Below are positions 9,250-17,550 of a DNA stretch of 64,000 nt, piece by piece. The position numbers were made by a program, and so were the translations under genes. The DNA comes from an uncultured Candidatus Saccharibacteria bacterium (lineage in GTDB: Bacteria > Patescibacteriota > Minisyncoccia > Phycocordibacterales > UBA2100). Numbering within the stretch: position 1 is the first letter of the stretch; every line of letters starts with the position of its first letter. Below the pieces are notes generated by a model. That model saw only the letters and a list, made by a program, of their open reading frames with translations, was not told where the DNA came from and made no database searches. The DNA is taken from NCBI GenBank assembly GCA_964471165.1, contig CAYYEX010000004.1, positions 22,378 to 86,377 on the forward strand, read 5' to 3'.

Positions 9250-10605
9250 ATGCAGCGTCTTCGTGCGGGTATCACTTTTGTATTACTCGCCGCATCAATC
9301 ACTTCCCCTTTTATTGCAAACGCCCAAGTAGGTGCTCAGACGAGTCTCAGTCAGTTTGGGAGCGGGTGTCACCCGATAACCGCGGAGGAAACTGCCGGAC
9401 TCAAAGCAATGGGCGCAACGATTCCGGCCAACGGTCAGTTCTGCGATAAAGACAAACCACTCCTCAACGGTGGCTGCGACGAAAACCCGTACCCGTATCT
9501 GCAGACAAAAAATAAAACCGGTCGTCCGGATGCTGTGAGCGGCCTCAACTCGGACTTCGCGTGCCGCATGTCCAAATTCTTCAAGGCAGCTACGGCCGAA
9601 GGGATGAATATCTCAATCGGTTCCGGTTATCGATCTATCGCACATCAAACAAGTCTCTATAATGCATATATTGCGTGCGGAAAGTGCGGTGCCCCCGTTG
9701 CACCACCTGGCCGCTCGAAGCACAACTTCGGACTCGCTATTGACCTGAGTTTTAACGGCAGACCGCTTCCTCGCACGTTAGCTATTTGTTCTGGTATTCC
9801 GGAGTGTAAATGGGCTCATTCGAATGAGGCAAAGTTTGGTCTCCGCTATCCGATGGACTACGAGCCGTGGCACATAGAACCAAGTGGTACCGTCAATGGG
9901 AAACAGCAACCCCTTCCTGAAGGCGGTTGGAATGGAGACCAGAATCAGACGCCGTACACAAACAACGGTACGCCCTACAACCCGAATATGTGGCAGCCAC
10001 AAACTCCTCCGCCACAGCCACAGCAATTCTCTCCACTCGGTGGTAGTGGAAACACTGGAGCTTCGACTCCCACACAAACGACCTCTGGAAACCAATATCT
10101 CCCAACGAACTACGACGGAACTCCTGTGCCCATCGACACATATGTTCCAACCTCAAGCGGAACGTCCACGGCGACTTCTACAGTTACTACAAAAATAAAC
10201 AATGGTCCGTCTGCCGCAGAACAAATTGATTTAATGACCGGGGGCTCAAACTCGTACAATGGTTCACAAAGCTCCCCTACATCGACTTCGGCACCAACTC
10301 GACTCAACGACGATTTGAACGACATCGGCAGCACAAACACCGGCGGTGCAAATATTTCAGATGACTTGGTGGACGGTAGGCTCGCGGAGAACTCTGTGGC
10401 CTTGAATCCGATTCATGTAACCCAAACATTCTCCGGTAATGAACCTACGGTCGTGCAGGCTACATCGGGGGCAAATGCCGCAGCCAACAAATCACTTATT
10501 GTAGCGCTGCTTACGACTCTGCGAGACCTCCTTGTGTCGTTTGTGAATGTATTGAAGTCCCAGAACTCTTACGGCTTTGAAGGAGCGTGGCGGGCTCACC
10601 GCTAA
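9250..10605 (+). CDS. secreted M15-family peptidase (VanY / D-Ala-D-Ala carboxypeptidase-like) with a long P/T/S/Q-rich tail
   Basis: Signal peptide; SGYRSIAHQTSLY...SKHNFGLAIDL...YEPWHIE zinc-peptidase M15 motifs; low-complexity C-terminal half. Confidence 0.7.
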   Translation: MQRLRAGITFVLLAASITSPFIANAQVGAQTSLSQFGSGCHPITAEETAGLKAMGATIPANGQFCDKDKPLLNGGCDENPYPYLQTKNKTGRPDAVSGLNSDFACRMSKFFKAATAEGMNISIGSGYRSIAHQTSLYNAYIACGKCGAPVAPPGRSKHNFGLAIDLSFNGRPLPRTLAICSGIPECKWAHSNEAKFGLRYPMDYEPWHIEPSGTVNGKQQPLPEGGWNGDQNQTPYTNNGTPYNPNMWQPQTPPPQPQQFSPLGGSGNTGASTPTQTTSGNQYLPTNYDGTPVPIDTYVPTSSGTSTATSTVTTKINNGPSAAEQIDLMTGGSNSYNGSQSSPTSTSAPTRLNDDLNDIGSTNTGGANISDDLVDGRLAENSVALNPIHVTQTFSGNEPTVVQATSGANAAANKSLIVALLTTLRDLLVSFVNVLKSQNSYGFEGAWRAHR

Positions 10606-10729
10606 TCGACTGCTGGAGCTACGATTTACCCCATCTCACTGATTGCCGCCCTTGCTGTTTCTTGATATAGTCCTGCGACCAATGGGCTTTACGAAATACA
10701 CATCACAGGCGGAGAAAGAGCGCGTTCGA

Positions 10730-11317
10730 ATGAACGAAGGCATCCGCGCTAAAGAGGTTCGCGTACTCGGACCCGAAGGTGAAAACTTCGGAGTCCTCTC
10801 CATTGCTGATGCGCTGGCTAAAGCCAAGGAACTCGGGCTTGATTTGATTGAGGTATCCCCCAACGCCAATCCGCCAGTGTGCAAAGTGACCGATTACGGC
10901 AAGCACAAGTACGACCAGAAGAAGAAAGACAAAGATATTAAGTCTAAAGCCAAGGTAACTGAGACCAAGGAGGCTCAGGTGAAGATTGGCACCTCGACCA
11001 ACGACATGAATATCAAGGCCTCAAAAATCGGGGCCTGGCTACGGGAAGGCCACCGCGTCAAGGTGGACCTGTTCCTCTGGGGTCGCTACAAATACATGGA
11101 ATTCGACTTCCTAAAGGACCGTTTAGAGCGCTTTCTTGCAATAATCCCAGAATCGTATAAAATCGCAGACGAGATCAAGAAGAGCCCCAAAGGCCTCTCG
11201 GTCGTGCTGGAGCGAGACGTCTCAGGCAAAAAGCCCCCTAAAACACCGTCTGGAGCTGTAAAATCCAAGGATTTGGATGCAGTTCAAGGCGCGGAGGAAG
11301 TGGATTCGGAGACGTAG
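10730..11317 (+). CDS. infC: translation initiation factor IF-3 (true start may be an upstream non-ATG codon), with a C-terminal basic extension
   Basis: NEGIRAKEVRVLGPEGENFGVLSIADALAKAKELGLDLIEVSPNANPPVCKVTDYGK. IF-3 genes often start at AUU/AUA. The ORF track's 10643 start is a TTG. Confidence 0.85.
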   Translation: MNEGIRAKEVRVLGPEGENFGVLSIADALAKAKELGLDLIEVSPNANPPVCKVTDYGKHKYDQKKKDKDIKSKAKVTETKEAQVKIGTSTNDMNIKASKIGAWLREGHRVKVDLFLWGRYKYMEFDFLKDRLERFLAIIPESYKIADEIKKSPKGLSVVLERDVSGKKPPKTPSGAVKSKDLDAVQGAEEVDSET

Positions 11318-11387
11318 TTAGACCTACGACGACGAATACACGGAGGCTCCGCAACGAATAAATGCGCCAAATCCTTGGATTTCAAAC

Positions 11388-11582
11388 ATGAAAACAAACA
11401 AATCATTCTCAAAGCGCCTACGCGTAACCCGCAAGGGTAAAATTGTTGCCCGAGCCCCGGGTAATAACCATTTCAATGCAAAGCGCTCAAGCAATATCCG
11501 CCTCCAGAAGGGCCGTCCAGTGGACATGCAGATGACCAACGTGCTCCGCTCTCGCTTCCTCCCTGGCACACCCAACACATAA
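11388..11582 (+). CDS. rpmI: 50S ribosomal protein L35
   Basis: MKTNKSFSKRLRVTRKGKIVARAPG...H. Confidence 0.9.
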   Translation: MKTNKSFSKRLRVTRKGKIVARAPGNNHFNAKRSSNIRLQKGRPVDMQMTNVLRSRFLPGTPNT

Positions 11583-11585
11583 TTT

Positions 11586-11936
11586 ATGGCACGCGTAAAA
11601 CGAGGAGTAACGGCTAACAAGCGCCGTAAAAATACACTTAAGATGGTCAAGGGCTATCGCTTTGGACGCTCCACAAAGGAGCGTATGGCGAAAGACGCTA
11701 TCTTCCACGCCGGTACCCACGCATTCCGCGACCGACGCACCAAGAAGCGCGTATACCGCAACCTCTTTACGCTCCGCATCAATGCAGCAGCTCGCGAGGC
11801 AGGCTGGTCGTACTCAAAGTTCATCGGTGCCATCAAGGCAGCCGGAATTACGCTCGACCGCAAGTCGCTCGCAGGACTCGCCAAGGACCACCCCGAAGCA
11901 TTCACCCGCTTCGCAGCTACCCTCAAAAAGGACTAA
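11586..11936 (+). CDS. rplT: 50S ribosomal protein L20
   Basis: MARVKRGVTANKRRKNTLKMVKGYRFGRS...RDRRTKKR. Confidence 0.95.
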   Translation: MARVKRGVTANKRRKNTLKMVKGYRFGRSTKERMAKDAIFHAGTHAFRDRRTKKRVYRNLFTLRINAAAREAGWSYSKFIGAIKAAGITLDRKSLAGLAKDHPEAFTRFAATLKKD

Positions 11937-11941
11937 CAAAA

Positions 11942-11967
11942 ACGACTCCGAAAGGGGTCGTTTTTTG
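11942..11967 (+). terminator. Rho-independent terminator after rplT
   Basis: ACGACTCC-GAAA-GGGGTCGT hairpin followed by TTTTTT, 6 nt after the rplT stop. Confidence 0.6.
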
Positions 11968-11981
11968 TTGAGGTCTATGAT

Positions 11982-12698
11982 TTAGAGAATGACGTCGGCG
12001 TTCTTGCCGGTAGCAGACCAGCCGTCATGATTGTTGAACACCAGGTTTGTCCCCTCTTTCATCTTCATCACTTTCTCAATCAGTTTTTCCACGAGCGCCT
12101 TCGGGTCAGAATCAAACACGATATTGGTATTTGGGCGGTGTGCAGCATCAATAATGAGTTCCAAAAGTTCGTCGGTATCAGACGCACTACGAAGCACGCC
12201 TATCGGGCGGTGGTCTTCAAACGCGACGGCAAACTCATTGATGGTTCCAATACGGCCTGGGCCGATAATCATTGCATCGGACGAGCGCACAAACAACAAG
12301 TCGCGGCCGGAATAGCCGAAACCGGTGTACATAACCACGTCCATGTAGTCGAGCGGGAGCTGGTAGGTTTCCACGTGCTCACGCTCGGTGGCTGCTGGGG
12401 AAAATCCGATTGAAAACCCGCACTCATCTTTTGCCCCCATTGCCGCATAGAGTGGAAAGCCTGTTGTTGCTCCCGTGGTAATGATTGCGCCGTGTCGCGC
12501 AATCTCGCGACCGATTTCCTTTGCCTTCTCAAATGCATCGAGTCCGGCATACGTGGTGTCGGCCGCGCCAGAGACACCTATTTTCACAACACCATAACCG
12601 TCAGGAAGCCGACAGAAGTTCTGCGGTACTGCAGTGTGATTCGGATGGAGTAACTTCTTCATCATCGTCAAAATAGTATACCACTTCTGCGTATACAA
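11982..12698 (-). CDS. TIGR00725 / SLOG-LOG-like Rossmann-fold nucleotide-binding protein
   Basis: IGVSGAADTTYAGLD...AIITTGATTGFPLYAAMGAKD...MIIGPGRIGTINEF fits the LOG/TIGR00725 pattern. Confidence 0.55.
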   Translation of the reverse strand: MYTQKWYTILTMMKKLLHPNHTAVPQNFCRLPDGYGVVKIGVSGAADTTYAGLDAFEKAKEIGREIARHGAIITTGATTGFPLYAAMGAKDECGFSIGFSPAATEREHVETYQLPLDYMDVVMYTGFGYSGRDLLFVRSSDAMIIGPGRIGTINEFAVAFEDHRPIGVLRSASDTDELLELIIDAAHRPNTNIVFDSDPKALVEKLIEKVMKMKEGTNLVFNNHDGWSATGKNADVIL

Positions 12699-12699
12699 A

Positions 12700-14079
12700 T
12701 CAGAAATTAATTTCTTGAACCTCTGCTTTCTTTGGCACGACCGCCTCTACACCAAGAAAATCCTTGATTCTTTGCCCAAGAAACAGCGAGGCCTTTGTTT
12801 CCCCCATCGTTACAAATACTTTTTCGAGCGATTCACCCGCATTTTCTACGAAGTTCATCAGCTGGTCGCGGTCGGCGTGTCCGGAATAACCGGTAAGGCT
12901 CCCAATTTGGGCGTGAACGCGAATGTGCTCGCCGTCGACGGAAACGTTCGGCGCGCCATCCTGCAATCTTCTACCCAATGTTCCAGGTGCCTGGTAACCC
13001 ACAAAAAGCACGCTCGCCTTTTTATCGCCAAGATAGTACTGCTCGTGCGAACGAATGCGACCGCCCGCCGACATTCCTGCTCCCGCAATAATTACTTTTG
13101 GATTTTCTTCTTTATGAATTGCTTCGGAGTCGTGCTTATTTTTAGTGATACTGAGCCCTTTGAACGTAAACAAATCATCCCCAGCCTGAATGCGCGCAGA
13201 TGCCTCTTTGTTAAACCACTCTGCATAGGCCCGAAACACCGGCGTAATTCGATTTGCGAGCGGCGAATCAAGATAGATAGGGATTGGACGCATGGAACCA
13301 TCCTCAACCATGTTGTTTATCTCATAGAGCAGCACTTGGGTGCGCTCAACGGAAAACGATGGAATCAGCAGCACACCGTTCTTGGCACGCGTCTCCTCAA
13401 TTGCGCTGCGTAGGCTTTCGGTGCGCGCCGCACGCTCTTCGTGCAGCCGGTCTCCGTATACGCTCTCCATCACGAGATAGTTTGCACCTGCTGGCGACTC
13501 GGTATCGCGCAGAAGCGGTTCCGGTGTGTTGCCGAGGTCGCCGGTAAAAATTATAGTTCGTCCGTCGCGAGTAAGGCGCACGAGCGCAGAGCCCAGGATG
13601 TGCCCAGCGTCTTGAAACTCCACACCGACATCTTTGATGGTAAATGGCTCGTGATATCCGCGTGATTGCCACTGCGTAATTGCTTGTTCCGCATCTCGCT
13701 GCTCGTAGAGCACGTCGCAGCCGTGTTTCTCGGCCTCCACCTGCATAATCCCGAGGGCATCCCGAAACATAATTTCTGCAATATCACGCGTAGCTCCCGT
13801 GGAGTAAATGGGCCCACGGAATCCTTCGCGAACAAGACGCGGAATGCGTCCGATGTGGTCGGCATGCGCGTGCGTGATTATGAGCGCGTCTGCATGAATA
13901 ACATTCTGGGCGAATGTTTCAAAGTTGACGGTATCGCACACCATTTCCTGCGCGACAGTTCCGCAGTCGACGACAATCTTTGCACCGGCTTGCCCTGAGC
14001 TTGTCGAAAGAGTGTCCAGTAAAAAGTTAGCGCCCGTCACCGAGCCTGCTCCCCCATAAAAAGTGATGGTCGATTTCAT
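12700..14079 (-). CDS. MBL-fold beta-CASP ribonuclease (RNase J / CPSF-like)
   Basis: ITFYGGAGSVTG...ALIITHAHADHIG...FQDAGHILGSA; a C-terminal RMMBL-like region. I chose the MKSTITFYGG start to avoid overlap with the next gene; the ORF-track start is 14112. Confidence 0.75.
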   Translation of the reverse strand: MKSTITFYGGAGSVTGANFLLDTLSTSSGQAGAKIVVDCGTVAQEMVCDTVNFETFAQNVIHADALIITHAHADHIGRIPRLVREGFRGPIYSTGATRDIAEIMFRDALGIMQVEAEKHGCDVLYEQRDAEQAITQWQSRGYHEPFTIKDVGVEFQDAGHILGSALVRLTRDGRTIIFTGDLGNTPEPLLRDTESPAGANYLVMESVYGDRLHEERAARTESLRSAIEETRAKNGVLLIPSFSVERTQVLLYEINNMVEDGSMRPIPIYLDSPLANRITPVFRAYAEWFNKEASARIQAGDDLFTFKGLSITKNKHDSEAIHKEENPKVIIAGAGMSAGGRIRSHEQYYLGDKKASVLFVGYQAPGTLGRRLQDGAPNVSVDGEHIRVHAQIGSLTGYSGHADRDQLMNFVENAGESLEKVFVTMGETKASLFLGQRIKDFLGVEAVVPKKAEVQEINF

Positions 14080-14438
14080 ATCGATTTTCTTGCCATGCGC
14101 CATGCAACCCATCCGCCGATTGCATCAACAACCATGTCTTTCGTTGTATCGAGCGTGCGACTCATGTGTGAGGAAATACCCCACCCGAGGGCATATTCAA
14201 CTACCTCAACGAGTGCCCCGAGAATCAGCGCCCCGAGAATCGCATGCACGAGCGAAGCACGATGTATCAGTGCAAGCGCCCACCACAAACCGATTAATCC
14301 GGCGAGCACCCCACCGAGAAGATGATCCACATTGTCGGTCCACCAGAATTGCGTCGACAGCCCATACCAGATGTCGATGAACAGGATTCCAGCAGTGAGG
14401 ATAAAAACGTACACACCCCACATAAATATTCTTCGCAT
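14076..14438 (-). CDS. small integral membrane protein (3-4 TM), family unknown
   Basis: Hydrophobic throughout, with W-rich helices. A hairpin with a U-tract sits 22 nt upstream (see 14461-14486). Confidence 0.4.
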   Translation of the reverse strand: MRRIFMWGVYVFILTAGILFIDIWYGLSTQFWWTDNVDHLLGGVLAGLIGLWWALALIHRASLVHAILGALILGALVEVVEYALGWGISSHMSRTLDTTKDMVVDAIGGWVAWRMARKSI

Positions 14439-14460
14439 AGTGCGCGCATTTTACCACTCA

Positions 14461-14486
14461 AAAACCCGCCTTTCGGCGGGATTTTA
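14461..14486. terminator. Symmetric hairpin AAAACCCGCC-TTTC-GGCGGGATTTT. On the minus strand it is followed by a U-tract, so it is either a terminator for the ndk / hypothetical pair or an attenuator-like element just upstream of the membrane-protein gene
   Basis: Perfect 6-bp GC stem with a TTTC loop, flanked by A4 and T4. Confidence 0.4.
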
Positions 14487-14681
14487 AGTTGCGACAGATA
14501 CAGTAAAGCCCGGCTCTGAAGTCCAGGTGGGAACCCGCACCGATTTCGTTTGAAATTCCCTATCATAGGACTGGGACTCTCAGTGGAATATCGAGTATAG
14601 AAGGCTACCCTAATCTTTACTAAGCAGGTTTTAGTACCTGCCGCTGTGTGGAGTATACTCCTGCAAAAGTTTTTGCAAACT

Positions 14682-15035
14682 CTACAATCGTTGTTTCAGT
14701 TCGAAAATTTTGCTGTGGGATGGATGGTTTATGGTTGTTTCTATCTTGTCACCCTTCACATGGAACATTGCGTGCGGGGATGAGCCATCTGGATGATGGT
14801 CGGTTGAATACGCCTTTCCCCCGCGAATCGCGAATATCGGCTTGGTAGTGTCTACCTTGCCGTCCTTAATGTCATAAATGTGCCCCTTGCTCCTATCCAT
14901 AGCCATAATCGGTTTTGCCGTGTGGAAACCGCCGGCGTGTCCGTAGGTGGACTGGTGTAGATATTCCATGCCGATATTGTACACCCGCATTTCTGTATGC
15001 AAACGGCGTGCCCCAGGCACGCCGTTTGTACACAC
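14682..15035 (-). CDS. hypothetical protein (start uncertain)
   Basis: ORF only. It lies downstream of ndk on the same strand. I see no recognisable motifs. Confidence 0.3.
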   Translation of the reverse strand: MCTNGVPGARRLHTEMRVYNIGMEYLHQSTYGHAGGFHTAKPIMAMDRSKGHIYDIKDGKVDTTKPIFAIRGGKAYSTDHHPDGSSPHAMFHVKGDKIETTINHPSHSKIFELKQRL

Positions 15036-15045
15036 ATCCCCGAGC

Positions 15046-15666
15046 TTATTCGAAAATGTTTTCGAGCTCTTTGGCGTAGATGATTTCTTCGTGACTCACC
15101 TTGTAGTCGATGAGTTCCTCCTTGGAGAACCAGTGCGGAATTTCCATGTTTGCTTCTGCAACGGAACCAGAGCCATGAATGAGGTTTCGTACCGCCCGGT
15201 CGTCGTTGTCAGACATAACATATGAGTCAACAACGAAGTCTCCGCGGATGGTGCCTACCTGCGCTCCGCGCGGCTCGGTGCCGCCCGTTACTTTGCGCAC
15301 CAACTCAACAGCGTGAGCACCCTGCCACACCATAGCAATTACCGGTCCTGCAGTGAGGTACTTCTTGAGATTTTTGAGGATTTTTGCAGTAATTTCAAGC
15401 GGGTCTTCAGACGGTGGCGTGAGACCACGGTCTTTGTAACCCTTAATCGTCTTTTCCCCGGTAACACGGCGCCACTCCGGATCGAGTGTGTAGTGCCCTT
15501 CTACCTGTTCCTGGGTCGGGACCATGAGCTTCATGCCCACGAGCTTGAGGCCAAGGCGTTCGTAGCGACTGAGGATTTCTCCTACGAGTGCGCGCTGAAT
15601 GCCGTCTGGCTTGATAATAACGAGCGTGCGCTCGCGAGAAGGATGCGATGAATCTGTTTTTGTCAT
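15046..15666 (-). CDS. ndk: nucleoside diphosphate kinase (longer than usual, with an insertion)
   Basis: TLVIIKPDGIQRALVGEILSRYERLGLKLVGMK...NLIHGSGSVAEANMEIPHWF; catalytic His context NxxHGSD. Confidence 0.9.
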   Translation of the reverse strand: MTKTDSSHPSRERTLVIIKPDGIQRALVGEILSRYERLGLKLVGMKLMVPTQEQVEGHYTLDPEWRRVTGEKTIKGYKDRGLTPPSEDPLEITAKILKNLKKYLTAGPVIAMVWQGAHAVELVRKVTGGTEPRGAQVGTIRGDFVVDSYVMSDNDDRAVRNLIHGSGSVAEANMEIPHWFSKEELIDYKVSHEEIIYAKELENIFE

Positions 15667-15739
15667 GGGCGGAAATATAACACAAAGCAGCCGTCCTTTC
15701 TAGGACGGCTGCCGAGACTGATTCAAACTACGTTTCGTA

Positions 15740-17071
15740 TCAACCTTTTCCCTGCCCCGGATCGACGGTAAAGAGTACTGTCCCCTGCGCAGTGTTTATC
15801 GAAGTCACGTCGATGATTAAGCTCCCTGTCGAAGAGAGTGCGTCCGAAATACCGCCTCCTTGTGTGAGCGGCATGCCTGCGCGCGCATTGTAGTAGCTTG
15901 GCGCATACCCCGCAGGCGAAAGCATCACACTCGCTGTCGTATATCCAAGCGAGTCCATAGCGATTGCCTGGAGAGTAAGTCGAATGCCATTTGCTCCGTC
16001 AGTCGCTGTTTGTCCCTCCACGAGGGTAAAGGTGGTGTGCGAATTCGGCGCAAAAGAAACATCTTGCGGTATCGCAGGTCGTACGTTTACGTACAACGTC
16101 TTACTCGCAGCCGGGCCATCTTTACCATTTCCAGGCTCATTTACGCACCAAAGTATGTAGCTGGTCGTTTCAGTTGGATGCACAACCTGCGTTCCTTGTG
16201 CAGGCATCCCACCGATTTCGGTTGTACCGAACTTAAGTACGCATCGGTTTGCATATACAGCATTCCACGAAAGCGTGACACCCTGTCCGGCATGAATATC
16301 CATCGGCGAGGTGGAAAAGCTGATTACGGGAGTTTGTTGCGGGGCAACGTACGTTGGTGTTTTCGTTACACCACTAATGAGTTCCTGAAGTGTATAGAGG
16401 CCGTCGGAGAACTGAAAGAGTTCGACGCTCACGATTGTATCGGTGTCGGCACGACACGCTACCGTATCGCGGAGTGTTAGTGAACCATTTACATTCCGAG
16501 TCGCGACAAAGTCGGAGCGCTTCCCGGTGTACGAGAGCGTGTCAGTTCCATCCCCGCCGTCGTAGTAATCATTGCCATTTCCGCAGGAAATGCTCACAGG
16601 CGCAGTGTGAGTCGTCGGTTCGAAAAATGCACCGCATGCACGGGTGATTGCTACACGCGTGAGAGAACCAACTATCCCGAGTGCAGGGAGACCATTTTCG
16701 CTTTGGAACTGCACAACGTAACGTTGCGTTGTTTTGCCAAAGAATCCGGAAACTGCCACGTCTTCATCGAGGTCATAGCGGTCGGCCAGAAACCGTTGGA
16801 GTTCGGTGACTTGCCCTCCAGTGCGAGCGTCTGTGGCACCGCGCTGGAAGGTGGTTCGGAGGCTTGGGCAGTAGTAGCTCACCCCCTCTCCAGTACCGTA
16901 GTCGTCCGGAAGCGCAGAAGCGGCACCGGCGGTAAGCGCGGCTTTTGTGGCAGTAATCTGAACAAGGAGGGCTTCGATATTCGCTTTTAGTTCTGCTGTT
17001 GTGAGCGCGGACGAGAACGATGGAGCGAGCAAGAGTGTGGAGAGTGCGATTGATATGGCAATTTTGCGCAT
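15740..17071 (-). CDS. secreted protein with a peptidoglycan-binding (PG_binding_1-like) domain
   Basis: Signal peptide. GATDARTGGQVTELQRFLADRY...SGFFGKTTQRYVVQFQSENGLP is typical of the PGBD; the C-terminal half is uncharacterised. Confidence 0.55.
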   Translation of the reverse strand: MRKIAISIALSTLLLAPSFSSALTTAELKANIEALLVQITATKAALTAGAASALPDDYGTGEGVSYYCPSLRTTFQRGATDARTGGQVTELQRFLADRYDLDEDVAVSGFFGKTTQRYVVQFQSENGLPALGIVGSLTRVAITRACGAFFEPTTHTAPVSISCGNGNDYYDGGDGTDTLSYTGKRSDFVATRNVNGSLTLRDTVACRADTDTIVSVELFQFSDGLYTLQELISGVTKTPTYVAPQQTPVISFSTSPMDIHAGQGVTLSWNAVYANRCVLKFGTTEIGGMPAQGTQVVHPTETTSYILWCVNEPGNGKDGPAASKTLYVNVRPAIPQDVSFAPNSHTTFTLVEGQTATDGANGIRLTLQAIAMDSLGYTTASVMLSPAGYAPSYYNARAGMPLTQGGGISDALSSTGSLIIDVTSINTAQGTVLFTVDPGQGKG

Positions 17072-17114
17072 AAAAAGTACGTATGATTAATACGTACACG
17101 ATAGCATGTGCGCT

Positions 17115-17504
17115 CTATTGGCGCGGGAGCACGATGATTGTTTGGTCGCAGGTTACTTTTGTGCCGTTCGGGCCAAAAAACGTGAAATGGTACACGCGCG
17201 CCTCTGGTGTGTTAAGCAGCATCTGCTGCTCACCGTTTTGAGAATAGGCATTTTGCGGGTCGGTGGAATACGATGGTTCTGCACCAAATGAGCCCCATGC
17301 AATCGTAAATGGCTCTCCTGCCATCACCGTGCTCTTTGTGGCCGTAACGGCACAGTTGATGGTTTTGTGAGCGAGAATCGCTTCGAGCGCCGCTATGCGC
17401 GAGAGCAGCTGCCCGAGTGTAGGTTGAATACCAAACGAATCCGCTGATGCGAGCGTCGGGGCGAGAAGTGCGACAAGGACTATGGACGCAAGGATTCTTT
17501 TCAT
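17115..17504 (-). CDS. small secreted protein (signal peptide), hypothetical
   Basis: MKRILASIVLVALLAPTLASA signal peptide, then a 100-aa domain with 2 Cys. Confidence 0.4.
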   Translation of the reverse strand: MKRILASIVLVALLAPTLASADSFGIQPTLGQLLSRIAALEAILAHKTINCAVTATKSTVMAGEPFTIAWGSFGAEPSYSTDPQNAYSQNGEQQMLLNTPEARVYHFTFFGPNGTKVTCDQTIIVLPRQ

Positions 17505-17550
17505 TCGGGCAGTATACCTCGCTGCAAAAGAAATCCCATGAAGCTGGTGG

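Noticed and set aside
10643-10729. TTG-initiated N-terminal extension of infC
   Set aside because: The hydrophobic extension MPPLLFLDIVL... is atypical for IF-3. The IF-3 N-terminus aligns from about 10730, although a non-ATG start slightly upstream remains possible.
14500-14680. Possible TPP or other riboswitch (CUGAGA motif)
   Set aside because: The downstream consensus (AACCUGAUC...GGAUAAUGCC...GCG.AGGGA) is absent. The hairpin is kept only as a feature.
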